The notes under the pieces are model-generated. The model ran no database searches and was not told the origin of the DNA. It saw only the letters and a list, made by a program, of their open reading frames with translations. Below are positions 18,966 through 29,494 of a stretch of 64,000 bases of DNA, in pieces. Positions within the stretch are counted from its first letter, which is position 1, and every line of letters begins with the position of its first letter. Source of the stretch: a candidate division FCPU426 bacterium (GTDB lineage: Bacteria > Oederibacteriota > Muellerivitia > Muellerivitales > Muellerivitaceae); the NCBI GenBank assembly GCA_963719085.1, contig CAVRAL010000004.1:128001-192000 (forward strand), given 5' to 3'. The translations under genes were made by a program, and so were the position numbers.

Positions 18966-20117
18966 ATGAATTGGAAACAGTGGACGGGACTTCTCCTATT
19001 TTTAATGACGCCTTCCCTCTCGCCGGCGCAGGACGCGCGCAGTTTCGCCATTGGGGGCGCCGCGGTCGGCGGCTCCAACGGCCCCTTCTCGGTTTATTGG
19101 AACCCCGCGGGGCTCGCGCTCCCCGGACCCGCCGGCGTGGCATGGTCGGTCAGCACGGGTTATTCGGCTTTCAACACCAGCAATTCCAACTCGCCGATTT
19201 TACGGTTTAATTCCCAGGCCGCCCTCGCTTCGAGTCAAGACCCCATCTCCCAATCCCTCCAAGACTTAGGGCTCGTCGCCGTTCAATACATGTCTTACGG
19301 CGGGGGCGTGCTTTATGACCACGAGTTGAATACGGTTGAGTCCCATGGCGCCTATCAATTTTTTCAAGACCGTCAAAACAATACCCTCGCCGCCACCCCC
19401 TACCAATTGAACGACCAGCAGACGGATCAGGATGTTGAAACATTGATCTTGAGCTACTCCATGCCCCTGCCCTTATCGACCTTCCAGTTTGTATCCGCCG
19501 CCTTCAGCTTGAAATACAATTACGGAAACTCCTTCAACCAAACCTCCCTCAGCGGCTCCTTTACCCAAGGAGTCGGCGGACCCTATACCTACACCAAAAC
19601 CACCTCGACTTCGGGGCTGGGATTAAGTACGGACCTGGGTTTTATCGGCAAGTTGAACGACGCGTTGCAAGTGGGCGTGATGATGCAAAACCTGACTTCG
19701 TCCTTTAATTGGTCCGCCCAACAGCAAAGTTATAGCTTGGACTCAACCACCGGCCAGGAATCCGCCTCGGGGCCCGCCACGAACATCACCGTCTCCGCGC
19801 CCTTCCCCTATACGGTGAAGATTGGCGTCTTGGCCCAGCCCACAGGAACCGACACCGTCTTGAACGGCGAGGTGGACTTCGTGAACCATCAAACCCACTG
19901 GAAAGCCGGGTTGGAACGCTATTACCCCGCGAACAATTTGGTCGTGCGTTTGGGAACCTTTAATGATGAAGTTTCCGGAGACCAGCTGTGGACCATTGGC
20001 GCGGGGTTTTATACGTTGAGATTCAACCTGGACGCGTCCTTGGTGACCCGCAGCGTTCCCAATGTGGAAGATTCTGTCGCCCTCGGCGGCGCCCTGAGCG
20101 GCTCGTTTAGGTTTTAA
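18966..20117 (+). CDS. Outer-membrane beta-barrel protein (TraF/FadL/PorV-like N-terminus)
   Basis: Signal peptide, ARSFAIGGA...YWNPAGL, amphipathic strands, C-terminal Phe (SFRF). Confidence 0.8.
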   Translation: MNWKQWTGLLLFLMTPSLSPAQDARSFAIGGAAVGGSNGPFSVYWNPAGLALPGPAGVAWSVSTGYSAFNTSNSNSPILRFNSQAALASSQDPISQSLQDLGLVAVQYMSYGGGVLYDHELNTVESHGAYQFFQDRQNNTLAATPYQLNDQQTDQDVETLILSYSMPLPLSTFQFVSAAFSLKYNYGNSFNQTSLSGSFTQGVGGPYTYTKTTSTSGLGLSTDLGFIGKLNDALQVGVMMQNLTSSFNWSAQQQSYSLDSTTGQESASGPATNITVSAPFPYTVKIGVLAQPTGTDTVLNGEVDFVNHQTHWKAGLERYYPANNLVVRLGTFNDEVSGDQLWTIGAGFYTLRFNLDASLVTRSVPNVEDSVALGGALSGSFRF

Positions 20118-20136
20118 AAGAAGCTTAAAACAACAT

Positions 20137-20559
20137 TTCACCGCCAAGACGCTCCCGGCGGCCTTTCAGGCCAATTGGCCGGGACAGATCGCCTTCTTAT
20201 CGTTTTTAGGGATGGGTGATGCAAGTTCGCCAAGAAAAACTTAGATAATAAATATACGAAACTATGCCTTTGACGAAGCAGGCAAGGCCCGCCTTTTGAA
20301 ACAATGATAAATGCCGATGAAGACTGATGTTTGAAATATAAAAATCGGGCCTTATCAGCCTCCGCGTCGCTTTTCCATATAACCGTTAGGGGAAAGCGAT
20401 ATTGTCCCGGGCCTCTTTGACTTTGATATGGAATCCCGGGGCATCAATGCTTGAACAGGTCTTGCTTTGCGAAGTGAACGATGGCGTAAATATAATTTTT
20501 GAGGCCCATTAAGAACTAAATTCTTTTGTTTCGGGTTTTCTTGGCGTCTTGGCGGTAAA
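20137..20559. repeat. Composite intergenic region bounded by ACCGCCAAGACGC / CTTGGCGTCTTGGCGGT arms with nested hairpins
   Basis: Arms at 20140-20152 plus 20222-20240 and at 20536-20559; internal hairpins and a GAT-periodic element at 20302-20359. Confidence 0.65.
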
Positions 20560-20564
20560 GAGCT

Positions 20565-21659
20565 TTAGCTTTTTCTTCGGCCGGCCATGTCCGCTCCCAC
20601 GGCCAGGATCAGGATGCTTCCTTTCAGGATCGGCTGCCAAAAAGCCTCGGTGTTCATCAGGCCCATGCCGTTATCCAGCGACGCCATGACCAAGGCCCCT
20701 AAAAGCGCGCCCCAGACCGATCCCCGGCCTCCCATGAGCGAAGTCCCGCCGATGACCGCCGCCGCGATGGCGTCCAGCTCCATCATGTGGCCCGCGTCCG
20801 AGGTGGCCGCCCCCACCCGGGCCGTCAGCACAATTCCAGCCACGCCGGCCAAAGCGCCCATCAGGGTAAAAACCAAAACCAAATGCTGTTTGATATTGAT
20901 GCCGGAGTAAAAAGCCGCTTCCCGGTTCCCGCCGATGGCGTAAAGATGACGGCCGTAAGGCGTTTGAAGCGCCACGACCGACAAGCCCCCCGTTAAAACC
21001 AAAAGAAGAAGCACGGGAATGGGGATCCCCTCATAGGCGTTTAAAACCGCCGTGAAACCGGTGGCCAAAACGAATAGCCCCGTCCACTTCCAACGGGTTA
21101 AAGTTTTCTCTTTAAAAAATCGCCCGATAAAAAACAAATCCAGCAAGAAGGTCAAACCCCAGCCGATTCCTTTGGGCAAAAAAGCCTGGCCAATGACCAA
21201 AAAATCAGGCGTGGGACTGACCGCCACGCCGCCCGTCAATCCCAAAAGGCTTCCTTGAAAAATAAGCATCCCCCCTAGGGTCACAATGAAAGGCGGAAGG
21301 TTGAACCAGGTTACCAAATGGCCCTGGAGGTGGCCGAACAGGGCGCCGGCGAGAATCGTCGCGGCGAAAGCAAGGCCCAAGGGCCAGCCTAGGTTCACGA
21401 AAAGCAAGGCCGCCAGCGCCCCCAAAAAGCCCGTCATGGCGCCCACCGAAAGATCGATTTGTCCCGCCACAATCACCAGCACCATGCCGGAAGCCAGGAT
21501 TCCCGTCACCGCCATTTGCCGCATCAGCAAAGAAAGGTTCCGGGGCGACAAAAAGGTGCCGTCGGTGCCGATAGAAAAAATGATCCAAATGACCAACAAA
21601 GCCCCCACCATGGTCAAGGCCCGCCAGGGGATGGATTGCTTCCAGTTGGATTCGATCAT
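20565..21659 (-). CDS. xylH: Monosaccharide (xylose-type) ABC transporter permease
   Basis: FLSPRNLS, GQIDLSVG, PPFIVTLGG, GRHLYAIGGN.EAA, ELDAIAAAVIGGTSL.GG. Confidence 0.88.
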   Translation of the reverse strand: MIESNWKQSIPWRALTMVGALLVIWIIFSIGTDGTFLSPRNLSLLMRQMAVTGILASGMVLVIVAGQIDLSVGAMTGFLGALAALLFVNLGWPLGLAFAATILAGALFGHLQGHLVTWFNLPPFIVTLGGMLIFQGSLLGLTGGVAVSPTPDFLVIGQAFLPKGIGWGLTFLLDLFFIGRFFKEKTLTRWKWTGLFVLATGFTAVLNAYEGIPIPVLLLLVLTGGLSVVALQTPYGRHLYAIGGNREAAFYSGINIKQHLVLVFTLMGALAGVAGIVLTARVGAATSDAGHMMELDAIAAAVIGGTSLMGGRGSVWGALLGALVMASLDNGMGLMNTEAFWQPILKGSILILAVGADMAGRRKS

Positions 21660-23188
21660 GAGGCCTTCGCTTTTCCGGGAGCGGCCGTGGCCGCCACCAT
21701 TATTTTTTCGGCCGTCGCCGATTTGGCGTCAAAAAAGCCGACGGCTTTGCCTTGGTTCAAAACTAAAATCCGGTGGCTCAAACCCAATAATTCCGGAAGA
21801 TCGGACGAGGCCATCACAATGGCCATGCCTTCTTGGGTCAAGCGGCCCAATAAATCATAGATCTCAGCCTTGGCGCCCACGTCAATCCCCCGGGTGGGCT
21901 CGTCGAGCAATAAGACTTTCGGAGTGGTTAAAAACCATTTTCCCAAAACGACTTTCTGCTGGTTCCCGCCGGAAAGCTGATTGGCCAAAGCCGAAAGCCC
22001 CCGGGTTTTGATGTGAAGGTCCAAAACCTCTTTTTCGCAGGAAACATCCACCGCTTCCCCATCCAAAAGCCCCTTGCGGGTGAGCTGGGATAAAACCGCC
22101 AAAACCAAATTTTCCCGCACGGTGGATTCCAACACCAAACCATAACGTTTGCGGTCCTCACTGACTAAAGCGATTTTTTGACGGATGGCTTGGGCCGGAT
22201 GGGTGAAAGGCGGGAAGGCCGAGCCTCCCATTTCAATCGTACCGGTAATTTTTCCACGGGCCACTCCAAAGAGGGCGCTCAAAAGGGCCGTGCGGCCCGA
22301 TCCCATCAATCCCCCGAGTCCTAAAATTTCCCCGGCCTTCACCTCAAAGGAAATATCGTCCAATATTTTCCGATCCTGTGCCTGAGGATCGGCGAGCCCC
22401 AAGTTTTTGACGGATAAAAGAATTTCGCCTTCGCGCGCCGGGGGCCGGGGATAAAAGGTATTCACTTCCCGCCCGACCATGTCGGCGATAATTTTGTCTT
22501 TTGGCATTTTGGAAATCACGCCCGTGGAGACCGACTTACCATCGCGCAAAACCGTGACCCGGTCGGCGATTCGGGCCACTTCTTCCAATCGGTGGCTGAT
22601 ATAAACAGCCGAAACGCCCTTTTGGCGAAGCTGACTTAAGAGATCAAGTAATCGCTTGGAATCGCTTTCGGTGAGGGCCGCCGTGGGCTCATCCAAAACC
22701 AAAAGCCGGGCGTCTTTGGCGAGGGCCTTGGCGATCTCCACCATCTGCTGTTGGCCCACGCCCAAGTCCTTAACCGGTGTATGGGGATCGACCGTTAGAC
22801 CTACTTTTTCTAAAGCCCGGCGGCAGTTTTGTTCCGCCACATCCTTTTGAAGAAACCCAAACCGGGAAGGTTCTTGGCCTAAGCTCATGTTTTCGATCAC
22901 CGAAAACTCGGGAACCAAGGCCAGTTCCTGGGCGATCAAAGCCAATCCCACTTTTTCCGAATCCTGGAGCGACTTAAAAGCGATCTTTTCCCCTGAAAGC
23001 AATATTTCCCCGCCGTAGGAACTGGCCGGGTGGTAGCCGCATAAAATTTTGATAAGGGTGCTTTTACCCGCGCCATTTTCCCCGCAAAGCGCGTGGATCT
23101 CGCCGGGGTTTAGGTCAAAGCTGACGCCATCCAGCGCGCGGACGCCGGGGAAATCTTTGGTGATGTTTTTCAGTTCAAGCAGGGCCAT
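21656..23188 (-). CDS. xylG: Xylose-type ABC transporter ATPase (tandem NBD)
   Basis: GENGAGKST, LGVGQQQMVEIAKAL, SEDRKRYG, LSGGNQQK, DEPTRGIDVGAK. Confidence 0.9.
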   Translation of the reverse strand: MALLELKNITKDFPGVRALDGVSFDLNPGEIHALCGENGAGKSTLIKILCGYHPASSYGGEILLSGEKIAFKSLQDSEKVGLALIAQELALVPEFSVIENMSLGQEPSRFGFLQKDVAEQNCRRALEKVGLTVDPHTPVKDLGVGQQQMVEIAKALAKDARLLVLDEPTAALTESDSKRLLDLLSQLRQKGVSAVYISHRLEEVARIADRVTVLRDGKSVSTGVISKMPKDKIIADMVGREVNTFYPRPPAREGEILLSVKNLGLADPQAQDRKILDDISFEVKAGEILGLGGLMGSGRTALLSALFGVARGKITGTIEMGGSAFPPFTHPAQAIRQKIALVSEDRKRYGLVLESTVRENLVLAVLSQLTRKGLLDGEAVDVSCEKEVLDLHIKTRGLSALANQLSGGNQQKVVLGKWFLTTPKVLLLDEPTRGIDVGAKAEIYDLLGRLTQEGMAIVMASSDLPELLGLSHRILVLNQGKAVGFFDAKSATAEKIMVAATAAPGKAKAS

Positions 23189-23230
23189 GGGTGAATATTA
23201 TGCCCTTTTTCGGGAACCGGGTCCCCAAAA

Positions 23231-23280
23231 ACAAAAAGCCCGACCCGCTCCCCCGAAGGGGGCGGGCCGGGCTTTTTTGT
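23231..23280 (-). terminator. Intrinsic terminator after the tandem OMP genes
   Basis: aaaaagcccgacccgctcccc-cgaa-gggggcgggccgggcttttttgt, a GC stem with U/A tracts on both sides. Confidence 0.85.
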
Positions 23281-23294
23281 CCCTGATGGAATTG

Positions 23295-23951
23295 TTAGAG
23301 ATTGAGAATCAAACCCGCTTGGACCGGAACATAACGGGTAGGCATATCAACTGAATACCCCACCGTCCAATCGGCCAAAGCCGCGCCTGAAAAGACAAAG
23401 GATTCTTTGGCCTGGGCGAAAACGCTGAAATCATCCGTCATCGCGTACTCTAAACCAATTCCCGCTTGTAAAAGGAAATCAGTCGTCATGCTCTGCTCAG
23501 CATAGTTATGGTAAGGCGGTGTGTAATAAGTGGTGTACTTGTAACCCGCCACGTCAACTGCAGCCCCAGGCCCGAAGAAAACATAGGGGCTGAACCCGCC
23601 CTTGAAAATCCGATATTTCATCAGAAGGGCGATTTCCGTGGTATTCCAGTAATACACATAACCCGACGCTGAAGTATCGTCTTTGGCATCAAACTCATGC
23701 CATTCCAAATCGGCCAGGATGGAAAGTTGCGGGGTGATCTTATACCCAACCGCTCCCCCATAATTATAGCCGGTTTTAAAGCCCCCATCGCTGTAACCGG
23801 GAGATCCGTCGGAAAAATTTTTACTGATCGGAAGGCTCAACCCACCCTCAACTTGAAATTCCCATTTTTTGGCATCTGCACTGGTCGAATCTTGCGCCAA
23901 GGCCAGGGAAGCGGTCGACATGAAAAGCAAGGCAAACAATAATTTTTTCAT
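23295..23951 (-). CDS. Small outer-membrane beta-barrel protein (OmpA/OmpW-like transmembrane domain), paralog A
   Basis: Signal peptide; FSPYVFFGPG, AGIGLEY, SVFAQAK, YVPVQAG; Tyr-rich loops. Confidence 0.8.
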   Translation of the reverse strand: MKKLLFALLFMSTASLALAQDSTSADAKKWEFQVEGGLSLPISKNFSDGSPGYSDGGFKTGYNYGGAVGYKITPQLSILADLEWHEFDAKDDTSASGYVYYWNTTEIALLMKYRIFKGGFSPYVFFGPGAAVDVAGYKYTTYYTPPYHNYAEQSMTTDFLLQAGIGLEYAMTDDFSVFAQAKESFVFSGAALADWTVGYSVDMPTRYVPVQAGLILNL

Positions 23952-23968
23952 TATCCCTTCTCCTTTTG

Positions 23969-24562
23969 TTAAATGTGGAAATCAACGCCGACTTGAATCG
24001 GCACATAGGCGAGCTGTTTATCCAGCCCCCAATAATTCGCCACGTTCTTGTCCCACCAGACGAAAGAAGCCTTGGTCTGGGCAAAAACGCTCAATTGATC
24101 ATCAACCGGCAGATTGACTCCTACACCGCCATCCACCAGGAACCCGCTAGAGTAGTAATCATAAAAATAACCGTCATAGTAATGCTCGTTGTACGTTAGG
24201 AAAGACACGCCCGATCCGACAAAAACATAAGGCCGAACAGGTCCCGTCGGAAGCATGTACTTCACTTCTAATCCCAACTCATTTGAAACGACTTGGTCAT
24301 TGTAGTAATAGTCGTCGGTAGCGAAATTGGCGCTTACATTGTGGGATTCCAATATCGCCATCACCGAAATTTGATCATCTACCCGGTAACCAATTCCAAC
24401 GCCGAAGTTATACCCATAAGTACTGTGTCTGGCGAACTGATAGCTCGTCGGGATATCGACACCCGATAACAGTTGAACCTCCAACTTTGACGTGAAGTCA
24501 TCAGCAAAAGCAGCCGATGCCGCCACCATCAAGAACGAAACAAAAAACGCAATCTTTTTCAT
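23969..24562 (-). CDS. Small outer-membrane beta-barrel protein, paralog B
   Basis: ATG 24562 with AGGAG; VRPYVFVGSG, GGVGVNL, SVFAQTK, YVPIQVG. Confidence 0.8.
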   Translation of the reverse strand: MKKIAFFVSFLMVAASAAFADDFTSKLEVQLLSGVDIPTSYQFARHSTYGYNFGVGIGYRVDDQISVMAILESHNVSANFATDDYYYNDQVVSNELGLEVKYMLPTGPVRPYVFVGSGVSFLTYNEHYYDGYFYDYYSSGFLVDGGVGVNLPVDDQLSVFAQTKASFVWWDKNVANYWGLDKQLAYVPIQVGVDFHI

Positions 24563-24750
24563 GTTTGCTCCCTTTCTTGTTTTCGACAACGGGCGAAAGC
24601 TTAACAAAAATTCATTAGGAAGAAAAACGATTTTTTTAAAAAAGTTACAAAAAAAGAATATTTTCTTGACAGGATCCGAAGTGGGAAAAATTTACCCACC
24701 TTTCATCCGCCAAAAAATAAAACCGCCCAAACATTGTCAAACAGAATGCG

Positions 24751-25758
24751 TTATTTGGAATAAACGCTTTCTTTCTTTTGGTAACCGTCGGCGATTACGG
24801 TGGAATCCAGATTCGATTTATCGACTTGGATTGGGTCCAGAAGAATGGAGGGAATGTCGGCTTTGCCATTGTTGACCGTCGTGGTCTTGTCGGCCAACGG
24901 CTGTTTTTGCGCCAGAGCCACGGCCAGCTCAGCCGCTTTTTCCGCCAGTTTTTGGATCGGTTTATAAACTGTCATGCTTTGGGTCCCTGCCGCGATACGT
25001 TGGCAACCGGCCAGATCCGCGTCCTGACCCGAAACCGCGACTTTCCCGGCGAGATTCTGCTCGCCCAAAGCCTGCAGGGCGGCGCCGGCCAAGGTGTCAT
25101 TGGCGGCCACCACGGCGTCGATCTTATTGTTGTTTTGGGTCAAGGCGTTCTCGGTGATTTTAAGCCCATTCACCGCCGTCCAATCGTTGGCCCATTGATC
25201 GGCCACAATTTTGATGTCTCCCCGCTTTACCGCAGGCCCTAAGATCGACATCTGACCGTCGTGGAAAAGATGGGCGTTATTGTCCGTCGGCGCGCCTTCC
25301 ACCAATAAATAATTACCTTTGGGTTTTTCCTTCAGCAAATAATCCGCCTGCAGTTGGCCTACTTTGAAATTGTCGAAGGAAACGTAAAGATCCACATCGC
25401 TGTCACGGATCAACCGGTCGTAGGAAAGCACCGGAACACCCGCCTTGTGGGCGGCTTCCACAATCGTCGCCGCGCTTTTGGCGTCATGCGGAACCACGAC
25501 TAATACCTGGACGCCTTCGGTTAAAAGGTCTTCCGCCTGCGAATTTTGTCGAACCGCGTCATTGTCGGCCGCTTGTACCAGCACCTGGGCGCCGAGTTCC
25601 TTGGCCTTAGCCGTAAAAAAATCCCGGTCATGCTGCCAACGCTCTTCCTTAAGGGTATCGAGCGACAAACCGATTTTGATTTTAGCCGGGCCTGACTTAG
25701 CGCACCCCCCCAAAAACACCATCGCCGATAAAACCAATACCCAGAACTTTACTCTCAT
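24751..25758 (-). CDS. xylF: D-xylose-type ABC transporter substrate-binding lipoprotein
   Basis: Lipobox LGGC; LKEERWQHDRD, SYDRLI, SFDN, GAPTDNNA, VSGQDA, MTVYKP. Confidence 0.9.
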   Translation of the reverse strand: MRVKFWVLVLSAMVFLGGCAKSGPAKIKIGLSLDTLKEERWQHDRDFFTAKAKELGAQVLVQAADNDAVRQNSQAEDLLTEGVQVLVVVPHDAKSAATIVEAAHKAGVPVLSYDRLIRDSDVDLYVSFDNFKVGQLQADYLLKEKPKGNYLLVEGAPTDNNAHLFHDGQMSILGPAVKRGDIKIVADQWANDWTAVNGLKITENALTQNNNKIDAVVAANDTLAGAALQALGEQNLAGKVAVSGQDADLAGCQRIAAGTQSMTVYKPIQKLAEKAAELAVALAQKQPLADKTTTVNNGKADIPSILLDPIQVDKSNLDSTVIADGYQKKESVYSK

Positions 25759-25784
25759 GAACGCCTCCCTGTTGTGAACATAAA

Positions 25785-26519
25785 TTATTTTTTCATTAGA
25801 TTGTTAAACGCGTCCCCCATCAATCCCTGGGCAATACCGTAGTAGTTGTCGGTGCTTCCATCGGTCGTCGTAATTGTATTTGCCTGCCAAAGCGTGCTTC
25901 CATCTTTCGCGGAGATAAGAAAAAATTCCAAAGCGACCGCCGCCTGCCGGCCCCGATTCTTGAACAAGTTTAGATCCTGTTCAATGATGGAGCGTCTTCC
26001 CCAATAGTTGATGTTCTGACCATCCTGGGATTCCCGGATATCGATCGAGAAGGCGAATTCAGCATAATAATCAATGAGGACGATCAAAATATAAGGCGGG
26101 TATCCGCAAAATTGGGAGATTTGGGGGTTGTAGAGATATTTGGCGGGGTTTAACACATGCATCAAAAGAGCCTTTTGATAGGTTTCATTGAACGCGACTG
26201 GATTCAACGACAGATTCATTTCCGCGGCTTTTTCTTGAAGAGCTCGGTCTGTTTCGTTAACCGCCTGGCTTTTATCCGCCACGAAATAAGCCCGGTCTGT
26301 TTTCATTCCTAAAAATTCGCGCTGCGCGGGGACCAAATATCTCGTATCGGATCCGTTCGCGTGGACCCGTAAAGGGCTGAAATAGCTGCCCATATAGGCG
26401 ATGGTTCCATTAGGAACGTCAAACCCCGGCGCCCGGCTGTAAAACGAATTTCCAAGGACCCGATTGGGGATAAAAGCTCCTGAAACTAAAAACGTCAATA
26501 ATACCGTCAATATCTTCAT
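25785..26519 (-). CDS. Hypothetical secreted protein
   Basis: ATG 26519 begins a signal-like MKILTVLLTFLVSGA; C-terminal FFLISAKDGSTLWQ; more AT-rich than neighbours. Confidence 0.6.
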   Translation of the reverse strand: MKILTVLLTFLVSGAFIPNRVLGNSFYSRAPGFDVPNGTIAYMGSYFSPLRVHANGSDTRYLVPAQREFLGMKTDRAYFVADKSQAVNETDRALQEKAAEMNLSLNPVAFNETYQKALLMHVLNPAKYLYNPQISQFCGYPPYILIVLIDYYAEFAFSIDIRESQDGQNINYWGRRSIIEQDLNLFKNRGRQAAVALEFFLISAKDGSTLWQANTITTTDGSTDNYYGIAQGLMGDAFNNLMKK

Positions 26520-26604
26520 ACCTATTTCCTTCATTGGTTTTTTCTCAGAAAATCCAGCCTGGTTTGATTTCAAATCAAATGTCTCTAAAACGCTTTTCTT
26601 CCCG

Positions 26605-27039
26605 TCAGAGATTTTCCGCCGCGCGGGCGTCATAGGCTTTTTTGAGTTTCCCGGCGATGGCGGGATTTTTGAGAAGTATCTTTTCAAAGTCGCTCTTTTG
26701 CAGAACGAAGAGCTCAACCTGGCCTTCCGCGATGACCGTGGCATTGCGCGGCTCGTTGGAGATGAGCGCCATCTCACCGAAAAAGTCATCGGCCCTCAAC
26801 TCGGCCTTTTTCACACGGCCTTTGCCCTTGTCCACCCAGACCGAGACCCGGCCGGTGGCAATCAGGTAAAAATCCTCCCCCGCGGCGCCCTGACGGATGA
26901 TCTCGTACCCCTTGAAAAACCGGGCAGCCTTGAGGGCCATGACCAACTGGTCGAGTTGCTTCAGGGTCAGGTCCTGCGCGAAATAAGTCCTTTGAAGAAC
27001 CCCGCGCAGGTGGGTAAAGATAGCGGATGTGGGAACCAT
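26605..27039 (-). CDS. Stand-alone cyclic-nucleotide-binding (cNMP) domain protein
   Basis: IIRQG..GEDFYLI..GRV, FFGEMAL...PRNATV phosphate-binding cassette; no HTH. Confidence 0.88.
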   Translation of the reverse strand: MVPTSAIFTHLRGVLQRTYFAQDLTLKQLDQLVMALKAARFFKGYEIIRQGAAGEDFYLIATGRVSVWVDKGKGRVKKAELRADDFFGEMALISNEPRNATVIAEGQVELFVLQKSDFEKILLKNPAIAGKLKKAYDARAAENL

Positions 27040-27162
27040 GGTTGAACCCCTTATTGATGAAGGCCAAAGACAGGACGACTTGCCATTTATTCTATCAGCT
27101 TTTGCCAGCTTATTGAAAAGAGCTAGATCAATTGGCTCCCCACATTAGACAAGTTTTATTTT

Positions 27163-27200
27163 AAACAAAAATGCCGAAACGCCCAAGAGGCGCTTCGGCA
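27163..27200 (-). terminator. Intrinsic terminator
   Basis: Minus strand tgccgaagcgcc-tcttg-ggcgtttcggca followed by tttttgttt. Confidence 0.75.
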
Positions 27201-27228
27201 AAGAAGCGGGAGAGAGAAAAACCAATTG

Positions 27229-27906
27229 TTAGTAGTTTGAAGTCACGCCTTCACTGCTTGATAAAAGATAGGAGCCATCCGAAGTTCCCGTAAAGGCGGA
27301 CTTATTCAAATTGTTGATGGAAGCGATGACATCATTGTTCCCAGTGGCGCCGGGCAAAGAACTATTGGGGATGCTATAAGGCGAAGTAACATTGGGCCCA
27401 AAGGTCTTGACCGTGTAAGGACTGATGCTTTCTTCCGCCGTGATGACATTTTCATTTCCCCCGCCGGTCCAAGTGCAAACCAAGTTGGAACTGCTGGTGC
27501 TGAATACGGGCGTTCCCACGGCGGTGGTGCTCGCCGAGTAACTGTTTCCGCCAAACGAAGCCGTGAGGGTATAGGGTTGATCAGCCGTATAGGTGAAAGA
27601 AGTGTTGTCGTAATAAGCGAGGCTCAACAGAGTTACCCCGCCGCTGTATGTGACGGGATAAGAAGTACTGATGACATAAGTGAGGGGAACTTGGGTATTG
27701 CCGGAATAAGACAGGGTCACCGCCGCGTTGTTAACCGGACCACTGGAAGTGGCGATCTCAGTGAAGGCGCTCCCATTTGAGATTGCCGAAATAATGAGGG
27801 GGCCGTTCCAGCTAAAACTGCCCGACCCCAAACCGCTAGGATAGTTGCTGGAGCTACAGGAAATAGAAAAGAAAGATAAAACCAGAAAGAGAGAAACCCG
27901 TTTCAT
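27229..27906 (-). CDS. Ser/Thr-rich putative lipoprotein
   Basis: ATG 27906 with AGGAGG; hydrophobic leader ending ISC; S/T/G/Y-rich beta-type sequence. Confidence 0.65.
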   Translation of the reverse strand: MKRVSLFLVLSFFSISCSSSNYPSGLGSGSFSWNGPLIISAISNGSAFTEIATSSGPVNNAAVTLSYSGNTQVPLTYVISTSYPVTYSGGVTLLSLAYYDNTSFTYTADQPYTLTASFGGNSYSASTTAVGTPVFSTSSSNLVCTWTGGGNENVITAEESISPYTVKTFGPNVTSPYSIPNSSLPGATGNNDVIASINNLNKSAFTGTSDGSYLLSSSEGVTSNY

Positions 27907-28060
27907 AACGCCTCCTAAATAAAAGTCGACAAATTTTACCACGGTTATGCCATGAATACCTTCGAGGATCCTTTTTTCGCGTAATCAGGCCATGAAATTA
28001 ACCCTAATTACGCTTATTGTCTTCTCTTGCCTAACGCGGACAGACACACAAAACTGAGAA

Positions 28061-28093
28061 ACAAAAAAGGCGGGCCCTTTTGAGGCCCGCCTT
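28061..28093 (-). terminator. Intrinsic terminator of metK-ahcY
   Basis: Minus strand aaggcgggcc-tcaaaag-ggcccgcctt-ttttgt. Confidence 0.8.
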
Positions 28094-28112
28094 GGAAAAA
28101 GCTATTTCAACT

Positions 28113-28166
28113 GGGGTTGCTTCGTCATTGTCGGACTGCTATTCGCAGTCCATTCCTCGCAATGAC
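28113..28166. repeat. Palindromic element of the GTCATTGCGAG...CGAAGCAA type (RPE/REP-like)
   Basis: ttgcttcgtcattgtc-ggactgc-tattc-gcagtcc-attcctcgcaatgac. Confidence 0.6.
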
Positions 28167-28182
28167 CGCGATTAAATTTTGC

Positions 28183-29469
<1,287 letters not shown>

Positions 29470-29494
29470 TCAAGCGGCCAGGGTTTTTCGAGTC

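Noticed and set aside
18966..20117. TraF-like gene as evidence of a conjugative element
   Set aside because: No other tra, relaxase or integrase genes are present; the motif is shared by many chromosomal outer-membrane barrels.
26520..26789. Long N-terminal extension of ORF 25785..26789
   Set aside because: It overlaps the cNMP gene in another frame; a signal-peptide-like start at 26519 fits better. Extensions of kdsB, gmhB, the GH127-like gene and the cyclase were trimmed for the same reason.
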